Part shown: piece after piece, positions 1-12,859 of the stretch
Numbering within the stretch: position 1 is the stretch's first letter
Layout of the letters: every line of letters starts with the position of its first letter
Source of the DNA: Paramecium tetraurelia
Taxonomy: Eukaryota
NCBI GenBank assembly: GCA_000165425.1
Contig: CT868061.1
Coordinates: 171,158 to 191,157 of the forward strand
Direction of reading: 5' to 3'
DNA: 20,000 nucleotides
Program-made: the position numbers and the translations under genes
The notes under the pieces: model-generated
What the model was told of the DNA's origin: nothing
What the model saw: the letters and a program-made list of their open reading frames with translations, nothing else
Database searches by the model: none

Positions 1-443
1 ATTTTTCCTTAGATACTGAGTCTTATTCATCACTGCCACTATAAGTGATCATTATTTCTATATCTCTCTCAGATAATTGCAATCCTAAAATCATGTGTTT
101 CATTTAATTTACCCCAAAATTCACTTTGCTTCTTTAATTCATCTTTGCTTATCTTTCCAGAATTGGTGGTGTCCATGATTTAGAAAATCATTTCGAAATT
201 TTCATAGAGATTGTAGTTGAAATTAAATTATTCTGTAAATTGATTTAGGTCGAGCTAATTCCCTCTTAGATTTTCTAGTTTCTTTACAAGCAATTCACAA
301 TTCCTATCGAGTCCTGTGGTTTATAGAATTTCTAAGAATTCGCTCACATTCAATAGGTTGGTTTCTGGCGATTTGAATTCATTGAATATTTCCATGATTT
401 CTTATTGCTACTTCTGTAACATGGGTTTGTCTCCTTAATTCAT
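1..443 (-). CDS. Centrin/calmodulin-like EF-hand protein (3' end runs off the window)
   Basis: Ciliate-code translation MNQGDKPMLQKQQQEIMEIFNEFKSPETNLLNVSEFLEIL...FEMIFQIMDTTNSGKISKDELKKQSEFWG|LQLSERDIEIMITYSGSDEQDSVSKE. Contains the EF-hand loop DTTNSGKISKDE and a 28-nt GT-AG intron at 85-112. Confidence 0.85.
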
Positions 444-551
444 TTATTTTAATAATTATTTAATTATATTAATTATGAGTAAATTTAAGTAATTCAGAGT
501 TGCTTCATCAATGTCTCCCCATAAATACGTTTTTAAATTATAAATAAATAA

Positions 552-1603
552 ATGAAATATTATAAGCAAGGTCAATTGCTTTGTTACATCGGAACATGGA
601 TGCCTTTTGTTATATTAGTCACAATATTTCTATTCTTCTACGGAGTGTATATGTAGGTATATGATGCCTATTAATGTTCAAGACCTACTTGTTGCCCAGA
701 ATAAGATCGGAGTACATTGAAAAACCAGTGGTAGAAATAAACACTTACTTGATTCAATTAGTACACATCAATGACTATGTCTTCAGTAATTCAACTGTGG
801 TAATTACAGTATTATTGCATACAATACTTGTTCTCTTTTTAATTACATTAATAAGAGTAGTAACAACATTGCCTGGGAAAGTACCTAAGGAATGGCTGAA
901 CAGAGTGGAGGGAGAGATTAACAAGATGATTGAGAATGAGGAGAACATGATCAATTTTCACAAGAAAAGGATCATAGACATCAACATCCTTCTCTTCAGA
1001 AATAGATGATGAACAACGATTGTAATTGAATTCAAAAGCAAGGTTGGAATTGATAGATAAGTCTGGACATCGGTTCTGTAAGAATTGCTAGGCATTCAAA
1101 CCGAAACGTTGTCATCATTGTCGTCAATGCAAGACATGCTGGTTGAAAATGGATCATCATTGTCAATGGCTTAACAATTGCATAGGTTACAATAATTATA
1201 AAATGTTCATCAATTTGCTTGGTTATTCATGTATAAGATACATTATATCTAGGGTTGCTTATAAGTTTTATAATGCTAACTTACAGTCGTTGCTATTATG
1301 ACACTCTATATTCATATTCATCTGATAGTAAACTATTCCTGGTTTCCTTCACTTTTTTGTATTGTTGTTTCTTATGGATACTTTTAACGGCCTTCACGTT
1401 TTTCCACTTATGGTACTCTAATTCATTATAATGAGATCAATAGGGCTATCAAATCCAACATCACAACCCTTGAATATTGCGAGAATAAACCCAGACAACC
1501 AGTTCAGAAGAGTGCTTTAGAGAATATTGTTGAAGTGTTTGGCATCAATCCTTTAATTTGGTTCTTACCAATTTAACCAAATACGAAACCAATATTGGAT
1601 TGA
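552..1603 (+). CDS. DHHC-type palmitoyltransferase (zf-DHHC); apparent +1 frameshift near 966
   Basis: Motif [46 protein letters not shown], hydrophobic TM segments, an NITTLE motif and a C-terminal [11 protein letters not shown]. Tiny introns start at ~657, ~1231 and ~1413. An alternative start at 475 would need an unusually long 38-nt intron. Confidence 0.9.
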
Positions 1604-1651
1604 AAAAAAGATAAATAAATTTACATAATCATATAATTATATTTTTACAAA

Positions 1652-2271
1652 ATGGAAAAAATAGATATATTAGTTAAAGTGGTAATCATTGGAGATACAA
1701 CAGTGGGAAAGACAAACATTATGACGCAATATTGTGATACTAATTTTAAAATGAACTCTCTTCCTACAATCGGAGCTGATTCCAGAGTAAAGATGATTTA
1801 AATGAATGAAAGAGAAACTATAAAAATGATGATATGGGATACGTGTGGTCAAGAGCGTTTCAAATCCATTACAAAAAATACATTTAAAGGTGCATAGGGA
1901 TTTGTGTTGGTGTATGATATTAACATCAAAAAGCACTTTTGAACATGTGGAAGGTTGGCTAGAAGTAAAACTTAATTTAATCTAAGTCAATTAAAGACAA
2001 CATTGATACAAATACAGTTTCGATTGTTTTGGTTGGCAATAAGTCTGATCTAGATGAATTGAGGCAGGTTTCAAGAGATCAAGGACAGACTTTGGCCAAT
2101 AAACATAATCTCAACTTTTTTGAAACTTCAGCCAAGTTGGGAATTAATTTGAGTGAGGTTTTCATTTCACTTGCTAGAAATATCAGGAAAATCATAAACT
2201 CAGCAAATAAAGACACCGAGATGTTAACTACAGATAAAACTAAAGCTTAAAAGAAGAAAGGGTGTTGCTGA
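1652..2271 (+). CDS. Rab-family small GTPase; apparent +1 frameshift near 1921
   Basis: Motifs IIGDTTVGKT, WDTCGQERF, LVGNKSDL and FFETSAK, with a C-terminal KKKGCC prenylation motif. One 22-nt intron at 1965-1986. Confidence 0.93.
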
Positions 2272-2295
2272 TATTCAATATACTAAATTAATTAA

Positions 2296-2757
2296 TCATT
2301 ATGAAAGAATATTTTCTCTGCAAGTAGGACATTCTGGTTTTCTCAAAATCCATTCTTTTATGCAATCGTTGTGGAAATAATGATTGCATTATAGAATTTT
2401 AATTAAGATTTTCTCGTTTATCTCTAACAAACAAATTGAGCATACTCTACTTTGCTTATAATATATTTACTCTGACTCAGTAATTTCATCCACTCCAATC
2501 AGAATAGGAATGTCATCAAACAAATTCTTTGGTGTCTACTCTTTCAACACTTTTAAGTTTGTAGGTTTCAGTTAGGGGAATTGCAATAAATTTAGGTACA
2601 TGAAATTCTTTGTAAGGAAAGATTTTTTCAAAGACTCTATGTAATTGTTTCCCCAAAAGTATAGAGATTGTTGACTTATTGGCTTATGAATCTTTTTTTT
2701 AATTTCACAGACTTTGTCTTATGAACTGTTGGATAACTATTATTTTTTTTGATTCAT
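2296..2757 (-). CDS. RING-H2 (C3H2C3) zinc-finger protein, putative E3 ligase
   Basis: ORF MNQKKQQLSNSS... ends with CSICLLEINEKILIKILQCNHYFHNDCIKEWILRKPECPTCR. There is a possible in-frame 24-nt intron before the RING. Confidence 0.85.
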
Positions 2758-2773
2758 TTGAAAATTTATTTTC

Positions 2774-3352
2774 TCACATTTTTTTACTAGAATTTGATAT
2801 AAATAAAATATAAAACCTTAAATTCATTACCAAACTTTTTAATACAATTTAATCACAATAATAATTATAATTCACTAGACAAATCAAGAATTTATGATAA
2901 GTATTAAATTTTCTAATTGTCCATGTATTTCAAAGACTGCTGTCTATGTTACTGCAATTCGCTACTTAGCTGTTCAATTATCTTATCCCTATTTCGCAAT
3001 AAATTCTGACAATTCTATATGTCTTGAGCATATTGATTCTTTAATTTGGCCACTTCCTACTCCTTCTCCAATTACAAAGCATTCAAATACTCCTTCTAAT
3101 ATTGTTTTTCTGCTTCCAAATCCTTCTAACTCTACTCAGTCTTCACCTTATTTGCTCCTTAACTTTACTAACTATATTGCAATATCTCTTAATCCTTCTT
3201 GCTCACCTCCTTTGTCAACAATTACAACTTTGTATTTAAGTAATTGATCTGATCTCATTACTCAATATTATTACTTTCTATTCATACACCTATTACATCA
3301 ATTGAATCTCAGCCTACTTCAACTCCTCCAAACGTGCAATCTCTGAGTTCAT
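2774..3352 (-). CDS. Small coiled-coil hypothetical protein
   Basis: MNSEIARLEELKQAEIQLMQQVYEQK|INYLNTKLQLLTKEVSKKDQEILQ...LEAEKQYQKEYLNALQLEKEQEVAKLKNQYAQ. A 26-nt intron restores the frame. Exact start and stop are uncertain. Confidence 0.65.
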
Positions 3353-3462
3353 CCTATCGTTATTTAAATTAAATTATATTTTTGAAATCCTTACTATTTT
3401 TCCCTTTTGATCATCCAACACGAAAAAACAATTCAATATAAATTAAATATTCCTATTAATAC

Positions 3463-4446
3463 TCACTATTTTAACATCCTCGTCCAATCGTATGATTTCC
3501 ATATTAATTAAAATGCGTCATTCTCTTATTTGGCTTCCTACTCAGTTCTTGGCTTCGGACTCAAAACATTTGATTTCTCGACACTCAGAATCGATGCCAA
3601 TATCTCTCTAGCAAAATTCGATGAAAAATTATTCTCATTCTCAATCACATGAGCATATCCCAATTTTAAACTGAAATCTACATAAAAATATGCAAATCCT
3701 TTTGGAATCTATTTCCTTATGCCTCCCTTATTCTTTTGAATTTCAATGATCTTTTTGTGAGTAGCCCAGAATCCATCTAATTCATCCATCCCTTGTTTGA
3801 AATATAAATTTAAATTAGCCTCCTTGCTAATCTTATATGGTATAGCAACACATTCAATAATTGCATGAGGGACATATTTAAACTTGAAAGCATTCTCATA
3901 AAATATGCACTCCAAGTTTGCCTTATCAAATGCTCCAACCAAACATTTTTAAAAGTTTCTGATCTCTTCATAAGTCTCATCTTCCACATCTCTAATGCAT
4001 TAAACATGTTCCATTGGCACTATCAACAAGTGAGTGTAAGCATTATAAAACCCTTTAAATAGCACAATTATGATTTACTTTATTTTGGCAACACTAGCAT
4101 CACATTGTTGCTTTGACTTAGAATGTAATATTGACTTAATTTCTCATTGCTCAAACAAAACTCGCATTCAGAAATCGCCTTCTATTATTATCTTTACTAA
4201 AACAGCATTTCGCCCTTCTTTTAATTTTCCTTGTTCTTTTCCTATTTAGTTTTTTGATGATCTGATTTTTGATCATCATCCTCTAAGTCATCAAATTGTA
4301 GTCCTTTCTCCTTAATTCTTTATTTGTGCAATTGATCATCCATAATTCTAACTTTCTCTATTAATCAACAATAAGTAATTACTCTATCTAACAGGTTCCT
4401 CAATTTCATCTTCATACACCTTACGTACTTTCACTCCTTTAAGCAT
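3463..4446 (-). CDS. CWF19L2: CWF19-like protein 2 (CwfJ C-terminal domains; spliceosome-associated)
   Basis: Motifs CEFCL, HLLIVPMEH, YEEIRNFQKCL, CIFYE, HAIIECVAIP, WATHKKII, IPKGFAYFYVDF, GYAHVIEN and the terminal FQLIWKSYDWTRML. Two tiny introns. Confidence 0.9.
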
Positions 4447-4980
4447 TTATATTAAAATAAAAATAATATTGATATAGACAACCCAAGTTTCAATATTAAA
4501 TACATACAATAAGTGTATGAAAATGTAGCTGATAAGATGATCAATATACTGTCTAAATATATTTGTCACTCTATCTAAAACTCATATTTAAAGACAATAA
4601 AGATTGATATGTAAAATTCATTATGATATTGTAAGGTTGGCTATAGGTTCGTGTGGTTATTTATAGAATGTAAATAACATATATTTGGAAAGTGCCTGCA
4701 GTTACAAGAAGATTAGACATGAGCAGTATATTATGTAAAGAGTATTTAAAATGTCTGAAAATGAGGAACCTCTTTACTAGTTACATTAATTAATGCAAAT
4801 TAAAAAGCTATTATTTATTGTTGTTTGAAAATGGGATAACCAAAGAAAAGTATTGTAGAACTTAGGAATTCAGTACTAGATCTTGAATAATGTAATTGGG
4901 ATTAATAATTATTAAAAATGATTTATTTTATAATCCAATTTTGTATGTTAGAAATAATAATATATATTATATAATTTTAT

Positions 4981-6670
4981 ATGTAACCATCATCAAAATA
5001 GCCACCTAAGGAGGATGAGTAATGCTCGGTGGAGGATCATATACTGAAGAAGTTTGAATTGCTGGAATTTAAGGGGAAGGGAGCATACGGTGTGGTATGG
5101 AAGGCAATAGATCGTAAAACGAAATAAATTGTGGCACTAAAGAAAGTAAAGCTATTTATTTAATTCAGATTTTCGATGCTTTTCATAATGTAACTGATTC
5201 TTAAAGAACATTCAGAGAGGTGATGTTTTTGGAGCAACTGAACAATCATGAAAACATAATTAAATTGACATCTGTCATAAAGGCAGAGAACAACAAAGAT
5301 TTATATATGGTATTCGATTACATGGAGACAGATTTACATAAGGTAAGTATGTATGATTGAGAAGTAGGTCATACGAGCTAATATTCTTGAGCCTGTTCAC
5401 AAGAGATACATCGTGTATCAAGTTTTAAAGGGTTTAAAATATCTGCATACTGGAGAATTGATACATCGAGATTTGAAGCCTTCGAATTTGCTGATCAATT
5501 CAGAATGTAAAGTGAAAGTAGCAGATTTTGGATTGGCAAGGAGTGTAGCAAAACCAGATGACAACACAAACCCAATTCTAACTGAATATGTAGCTACTAG
5601 ATGGTATAGAGCCCCTGAAATATTGTTGGGATCTCAATATTATTCAAAGGCAGTCGATATGTGGAGTCTAGGATGCATTGTGGGAGAGATGATAGTTGGA
5701 AAAGCCATATTTCCTGGAACATCAACTATGAATTAGATTGAAAGGATAATCGAACTCTGTGATCGACCCAAACCTGAGGATATCGAAGCATTAAGAGCCC
5801 CATTAGCAGAACGAGTCTTGGATGATATAAAAACACAAAAGAGGAAGAGTTTTGCTTAGTATTTTTCTGCTGCCTCTGAAGATGCTATAGATTTTCTCAG
5901 GTAAATTATACAATATTTATGAATCTCATAGAAAAACGCTGGTTTACAATCCCAATAAAAGAATGACGGTAGAGTAGGCATTTGAGCATCGCTATGTCAA
6001 GGAATTTAAGAATTGTGAAGATGAAACTAAGAGAGGTATTGTCGTTAGTATTTTTGTAGACTCTCCTTTTGAAACATACATGGATGACAATCGCAAATAT
6101 TCGATAAAAGAGTACCAGAATTTTCTGTATAATCGCATAGTTTAAAAGAAGAGGAATGAACATAAATCATCATTGATGTTTAGAAACTAAAATAATGGGA
6201 GTGTCAATCTTAGCGTTGATAAATCCCCATCTCCAACTAAGAAGGATTCTTCTATAGTTAAGAAGGATTCAGAAACATCTAATATTGATAATGATTTTCA
6301 ACATCATGGTCATGGTCGTGCTCTTCATCAGAAGTCTTAGTCCTACTCTTAAGGGTAGTTTATGCAGAGGAAAAACACCTCACAGGAGGATACTTAGTTT
6401 TAGGTCTCGACTCACCAAAGTCCTACTTATAAGAAGCATCAATAGATGTTTCCGATTGTCGATTCCAGCAGTCCAATTAATAAAGGCAGTAGAAAGTCCT
6501 CCTTGGATAAAAAGTTACAAAGCACCATGACTTCTGCTCTCATGTAGGCTACTCTGTCTCAATAATAATTCTCAAGAAAAGGATCTTAAGGTTCTATATC
6601 TAAAACAACTGTTTTCAATAAATCCACCATTAACACACAATACAACTCCTTGTTTCAGAAAAAAAAGTGA
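4981..6670 (+). CDS. MAPK15: Mitogen-activated protein kinase, ERK7/ERK8 (MAPK15)-like
   Basis: Motifs [52 protein letters not shown] and [14 protein letters not shown] (TEY activation loop), followed by a long S/Q-rich tail. Four tiny introns start at ~5146, ~5343, ~5901 and ~6036. Confidence 0.93.
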
Positions 6671-6727
6671 ACTTATTAAATATCTATATACCAAATTTAT
6701 TATCTTTCAAAGATCATTAATATAATA

Positions 6728-7807
6728 ATGAAAATTAGCATAATTTTAGGTCTAATCAAGCTAAAAAAGGAAAGAAGATAAATATAAAAAATATTGGACA
6801 ACATCCATCCTGAAGAATAGCATTTCGCATCCAATAAATAAGAAGAAATTCTATATTACAATATCTACATGTTGACCATACTCCCTATTTTGAGGATATT
6901 AGAAATTGTGAAACACGCTCTAATTGAAAAATTCATCACAAAAATCCCAGCATTTCATCCCTTCACTAAATAATAGGTTGAAGAAGAGTCCTTGCATATT
7001 TTCAACGACTTCCTTGACTCTCTGTCTTAAAAAGGACAAATGAATGTCAATAAATATATACACAAGGTAATAAAAAAATACACCACATACTAAGAAGCAT
7101 TAGAGATGGCCACTTCTGCTAAGACTCTGTTAGTTTAACCGAATGATTTCTAAAGACAATCTTCAATATAATTAAAGCATATCAATGGGAATGTGAAAGT
7201 CAAATCAAAGATGTCTGATTTTTATGAGAATACTGCAGATGATCATTTGTAAAGGAATATTGCAATGAATAGAACCTTCGATTTACTTTACATTTTTATA
7301 GGAGATATACATTATCACAAATTACTAGAGGATCCAGATTATTTATATAACCAGATCTAGCATATGAATCCAGATTATTGGAAAACCAAATACACACCAG
7401 TTATGCACAAAATAAGTGAATGCATTGATGAAGACTTGGAGGATTTCATTAAGCAAGACGATAAGAATCAGAATAAATAAGAATAATAATAATAGAAACA
7501 AGAGTATTGTTGCATACTAAGAGCAATTTGTTAATATGCAGTAGACTTATTAAAGAGTGTGAATGTGGCTACTCTGTATTATTATTCAGTTAATTATTCA
7601 TTTCAAAAATTTGTAAACCGTTTGGATGGAGAGGAGGATTTGCAGAGAATATTATATTTGACTTAGAATCATAATAGAGAGAGGAATTACAAATAACATG
7701 TGAAAGACTTTTTGAGAGGACGTTCAAATTTCATTAGAGAGATGCGAAATAGGTGTTTGATTGATTAGGGAGAAAGAGAGTTGATAAAAGTAATTTTAAA
7801 TTTCTGA
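6728..7807 (+). CDS. Hypothetical protein (~359 aa)
   Basis: Uninterrupted ciliate-code ORF MKISIILGLIKLKKERRQIQKILDNIHPEEQ...GERELIKVILNF*. No domain recognised. Confidence 0.75.
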
Positions 7808-7822
7808 GTTTTTTATTTATTT

Positions 7823-8501
7823 ATGTTAAAACCACATAAAGTGTTGTTGCATGAGTTTGCTGAACTGATATTGAATCAGAGAGTAGAGTAGAAACCATCA
7901 AGTTTGAGACATTCGAATGTACTGAATTTGTGGCAGATCAAGGGAATATGGGTGGATGAGAATTCAGATTTAAGAGTGCAGCTAAATTTCTACATTTAGA
8001 AATGGAATACTAGGATTCTAGTTGAAGTTTGGGTCTTAGAAGTAATCATAACAAACGAGTAATAGAACAACACTAAAAAGATAATTTAAGATGAGTGATC
8101 AGGAATTTAAGAAGACACAACGACTGGCTCTTTTGCAATCGAGGAGTATTCTAGGAATATTGGCCAATCTCCCCCTCTCTCAAGAAATCCCTTCCTTTAA
8201 TAAGCATATGAAAATTGCATACAATACTGAAAATAGTACAATCCCAACACATTTCCATACCATCAACTTCCCAGTCATCCCATGTTCAAGTAAAAAGGTC
8301 ACTTACTTGTATATGCAGGTTCACTACTAAAAGGAAATTATATTCTCTCCACAACCAAAATTAGCACAAAAACCATTCACTCAAAGAGAAGATGCTGAAA
8401 TGACCACTTTGCATCAAATTCAAAAGAGTTTCAGAAAAAGAACCAAGGCTTCTTCTTAGATAACTGAAACTCTGGAATACTTTATTTGCACTGTGAACTG
8501 A
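7823..8501 (+). CDS. Hypothetical protein
   Basis: MLKPHKVLLHEFAELILNQR... joins NGILGFQLKFGSQKQ...MSDQEFKKTQRL...TLEYFICTVN*. The join needs either a 22-nt GC-AG intron (7978-7999) or a frameshift. Confidence 0.6.
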
Positions 8502-8544
8502 TAAATTACTATCTATATATTTGTATATAATAATTATTAACTGA

Positions 8545-10580
8545 ATGCACATTGATCCAACTCAGATGGTCAAGATTTCATTCTAAGCTAGCATTGTGAT
8601 TTTCATTTCTTTAACATTTGCAGCAATTCTATTTGGTTAACCTGAAAAGTTGACAAGAGGCTTCGATCCAGATGGTAATTAGCATTATTATAAAAAGGAA
8701 TTGCATGTGGTTCTGATTTTGGATCTAGAGATTATCCTTACATTTATTTTGGCAATCCTACTCCCAATACTTTACATTAAACTGTCTGTGTGAAATCATG
8801 TCCTAAGCCAGATCATAAAAACGGCAGTACAAATACAAATCATATCTTTTAGTGCCAAAACAGTTAGATTGCATGCCTAACTCTATTATTCAGTAATGTT
8901 AAGCTAAGTTCTCTATAGACCATCCAGAAACTTAATTTTTAATATATGATACCTTCCTTTATAAGGGAAACATTTGTATGCCTCGAAATTTAGCTTATTA
9001 TGAGGCGATCAAAGAAATATCCACACCTCCTTCTAGATTAAGTAATACCAGTGACGTCTACAAGAATAAATGGATGCTCCTTATCTTTATACTCGTTGCA
9101 GGCGTTGCATCGAAATAATTACTCACATAACTGAAGGCAAATACTTAATATAGTGTTTGGGGCTTGACATTTGGACTATTCATTTTTGTGGGAACTTTGG
9201 GAGTTATTTTTGTTTCTTAAGCCAGAGATGCTATCGCCAATTCAATAGAAACTAATTCCATGTCTGCTTTTTAGGTGGATGAAGAATATATTTTGAAAAT
9301 GAGTAATGTGCCCAATCCTATTAAAATGGTCATCTTATCTTTAATTTTTGTAATTCTAACATTTTATGGAGCTTATTTCTTATACAACAATTACGATCGA
9401 ATCAAAGATCTGTCACAATTATTTGAATAGGTTGAAATATATATGGCTGATCATGAATACCTATAAGAAGCATCTTACCCTATGATTTTGGTCCTTAATT
9501 TCTTTCTATTCTTAACACTCTATACCATTCTGTATACATTTATCAATATTTCTAATAGATCATTAAGAGCTTGTTTCGTGATTGATTTCTAATAGATCGG
9601 ACCCTTTGAAAAAATCTAAGGAGGTGTTCTCTATTATTTCCAAATCTTGATAGCGTTTTTCTTCTTTTGGGGAGTCCAAGTGATCTTTGGAATTAACAAC
9701 TATATGGTGTCGTCATCTCTGGTGCAGTGGATTCAAGTGGGTTACAATCAACACCAAGATGTACAATACAATAGGAATTAAGCTACACTTATTTTAACCA
9801 GATACTTTATGCAAGAAGCCTTCTATAACATTGGTAAAATAGCATTTGCTTCATTTCTCTTATTGGTATCTCCAGTTAAATTTGTATGCGATGCTATTAA
9901 GGATTGGGCTGTCAGAAGGTAAAATTAGAAGTTTAGAAATTTACTTACTAAATGTTGCTGTCTGCCCTTCATTCAAATATACAAAAAAACCAGACAAATT
10001 GAAGAGGTTGTTTACATTGAATAAGCAATCAATAGGAAGTATTGCATAACCGTTAATGTCTGTTTTAAATTCATTGAGGACTACTTGGAATTAAGATTAG
10101 AGGATTCAAATGCTGCTGAGCTTTTTGAATAACTAAGTACTTTCATTCATATAAACTTTAGGGAATACTGTAGATTCATTTTTATTGATCATCAAAATAT
10201 TTATTGCACTACTTTGTGCTATCATTTGTAAGTTTATTTTGAGTTTCAATTACTTTTCAAATCATATGTACGAAACCAACCTCACTTCTTTGATAGCTGC
10301 TATCATAGGATATTATGTTGCATCATTATATTTCTAAATCTATTCGATTGTTCTATAAGGTTTGGGTTATATTTATATAAGAACGATGAATATTTGTAAA
10401 AAGAACAATGAGAATTATGAAAGGAATTAATAAAAAAGAAGAGATACCGCATTTGAAACATTTAAAAATATTTATAAAGTACCTATGTATATCATAACTT
10501 TTTAGGATTTTTCGGAAATTATGATTCACTTTGAAAATAAGATTAGAAATTAGAAAACCAAAGAATAACTTCCTCATTGA
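8545..10580 (+). CDS. Choline transporter-like (CTL/SLC44 family) membrane protein
   Basis: N-terminal TM segment, then GFDPDG|IACGSDFGSRDYPYIYF...TVCVKSCP (CTL ectodomain signature), many TM segments and FYNIGKIAFASFLI. Several tiny introns. Confidence 0.8.
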
Positions 10581-10856
10581 TAAAATATATGCTTTTACAA
10601 TTATATATATTATCAATAAATTTTCTATAATAAATCTGCGTATCACTAAAAGTGTAAGCTAATAAATAAGTATCAAGTAAGAATTGGAGTGAGTTAATAC
10701 CTAAATTATAACTTATTATCTTGAAGAACAAAAACAATTTATTTTTTCAATAAATTATTTGAAATTCTTAGATCTTATAATATATTTAAAGCATTTATAT
10801 TGAAAATTATTTTATTATTGTTTAGACATACATCATATTGAAAATTAATATAATTA

Positions 10857-12859
10857 ATGAATTCAAAACCGAAAAGTATTTTTGAATGTTTGGATGAACA
10901 CTTTTAGGAGTTAGATTAAGAAGATGAAGATGAAGAGAATGAAATAATGCAGAATGAAAATATTACAAATTATGATTAGGGTCCAGGATAAAAATAAGAT
11001 AAGTCTAAACATATAGCGAGACCAAAGGATATAATCAAATGGGAAGATATCAATAAATTAGATGTTTAAGAAGATGATTTGTTTGAAATTTAAGAAGCAC
11101 CAGAAGAGAGTGTTGTTTCATAAGTCAAAGATAATGAAAATTTTAATTTCGATTATGAAATACCAGTCCTAATGTTGGATGATGACAGTCAAATAAGTCA
11201 AGGAAAAAAAATTAAATTAGCTGGTTTAAATAATTACATTAAATCTAAAGAAAAGGAAAGGCAGTAGGTTGAAGAAAATTTTTAAAGAATTGTTTAACAA
11301 AAAGCTGAAGAATTAATTCAAGAATAAAAAAAGGAGGAGTTGATGAAAAAGATATAAAAGCAAAGTATTCCTTCTAAATTGCAATAAAAAGTCTAATCAC
11401 TATTTTAATAAGTCGATTATGAAGCCAATCCAATAAAGATAACTGCTTAATAAAGTATTACTAATTCAACAAATACCCCTTCTTTAACTAAAAAAAAATA
11501 AAATGATAATGAACAAGTGAGTAAATTGAAGGAAGAAATACTGAATCTCAAAAACCTAATAAATGACTATAAGTTACGCTACAATCAAGATTAGGATTTA
11601 ATTAAGACTCTTAGAGTAACTATTCAGAAAGGAGACACAAATTAATCACGTACAAGTTGTTCAACTAAAGCTAGCAAAACAGATGATTTAATAAATGAAA
11701 ATGAGCAATTGAAATAGGATATGATTACTTTAAAATAGCAACATTAAAAAGAAATTGAGTCATTGAAATAGTAATTATCAAGAGTTTAGAAGATATAAGT
11801 AGGATGTCAATAAAGATAATAGAAGGATCAAGTAATACCAGATAAAACTAAAGAAGAAATTACAAAATTATAGGCAGAAAAAGCCTAACAGGGTTCAGAT
11901 TTCAGAAATAAATTAAATGAAGCAACTCTAAAAATTTAATAAAAGGATTAGGAATTAGAAAAATTAAAAAAACAAATTAAGACTATGTAAGAATAAAAAG
12001 AATAACCAGATAAATAATAGATCGTAATTGAAGATTTAAAATAATAAATATAAAAGCTCAATCAACAGATTGAAGAAATAAAATAGAAGTACTTGTTTGA
12101 TAATTAACTTAAACTATTATTCCCAATATAATAAGATAATGTTTTAGCTGTCCTTAATATCTTTTACAAATTAGAAAACACTAAAAATGCAGTCAATTTT
12201 ATAAAAACTAAATTGAATACTGGATTTACTTATGTTTACTCAAAAATATACAATGTCTACAAATGGTTTAAATAAATGATTAAATTTAAGTGGACCAAAT
12301 CAGTTGTGCATCATCCTGATAATTAACAACTTGTAAAAGAAGCTATTTAAAAAATAAGGACTAATCCCACTGTTTTAGAAACTGAAAATTAAAAATTAAC
12401 AAAAACATTGATCTAGTTAGGCTAAGAGAACAAGGATCTTTAAGAAAAGTTATCCTCATTATAAATATAATACAATTAGAAAATTGAAATCTATGGTTAA
12501 TTAGATGAATTAGTTAGAGTTGATAAAATATAATTAGCAAATCAATTAATGATGCGTATACTGAAAAAAGAAGCTGAGGATAGAAATAATGAGTAGTAAA
12601 TAGAATACCCTGAATTATAAATTGTTAAAGTATTCTAATTACAAATATTTAGAAATATGCTGAGTTGATAATGCAATCAACTCTTCCTCAATATCAAAAG
12701 TCGTAATCACCTAAACAGGATAAAAACACTAAGGCTGTTGCATCCCTATAAGGAATCAATAATAAATAGGTCTCCATTGCAGTTACAAAATGTGGACACA
12801 TTGAAAGGCACTAAAAAAGAGATTAAAAGCCTACTAAAGGGTAATATTATAATAAATGA
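10857..12859 (+). CDS. Long coiled-coil protein with an acidic N-terminus
   Basis: MNSKPKSIFECLDEHFQELDQEDEDEENE... followed by K/E/Q-rich heptad segments such as KLKEEILNLKNLINDYKLRY and ENEQLKQDMITLK. Tiny introns near 12.09-12.3 kb and at 12630. The 3' exon structure is uncertain. Confidence 0.75.

Noticed and set aside
955..1945. Euplotes-type programmed +1 frameshifting as the explanation for the DHHC and Rab shifts
   Set aside because: That mechanism uses codon-plus-TAA/TAG stop sites in a code where TAR is stop. Here TAR encodes Gln and the sites are simple short homopolymers.
3353..3502. In-frame upstream ATG (3502) extending the coiled-coil gene
   Set aside because: It lies inside the conserved CWF19L2 C-terminus (WKSYDWTRML) in another frame, and the extension reads like intergenic sequence.
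9548..9598. 14-nt direct repeat ATTTCTAATAGATC
   Set aside because: One copy spans an intron acceptor and the other is in-frame coding sequence. There is no sign of an insertion, so it is probably chance.
1670..10737. Short ORF-track entries such as 1670-1936(-), 2894-3247(+), 3865-4062(+), 5906-6163(-), 6285-6530(+), 8361-8552(-), 9846-10049(+) and 10353-10737(-)
   Set aside because: They are antisense or off-frame shadows of real genes, produced by using the standard genetic code.
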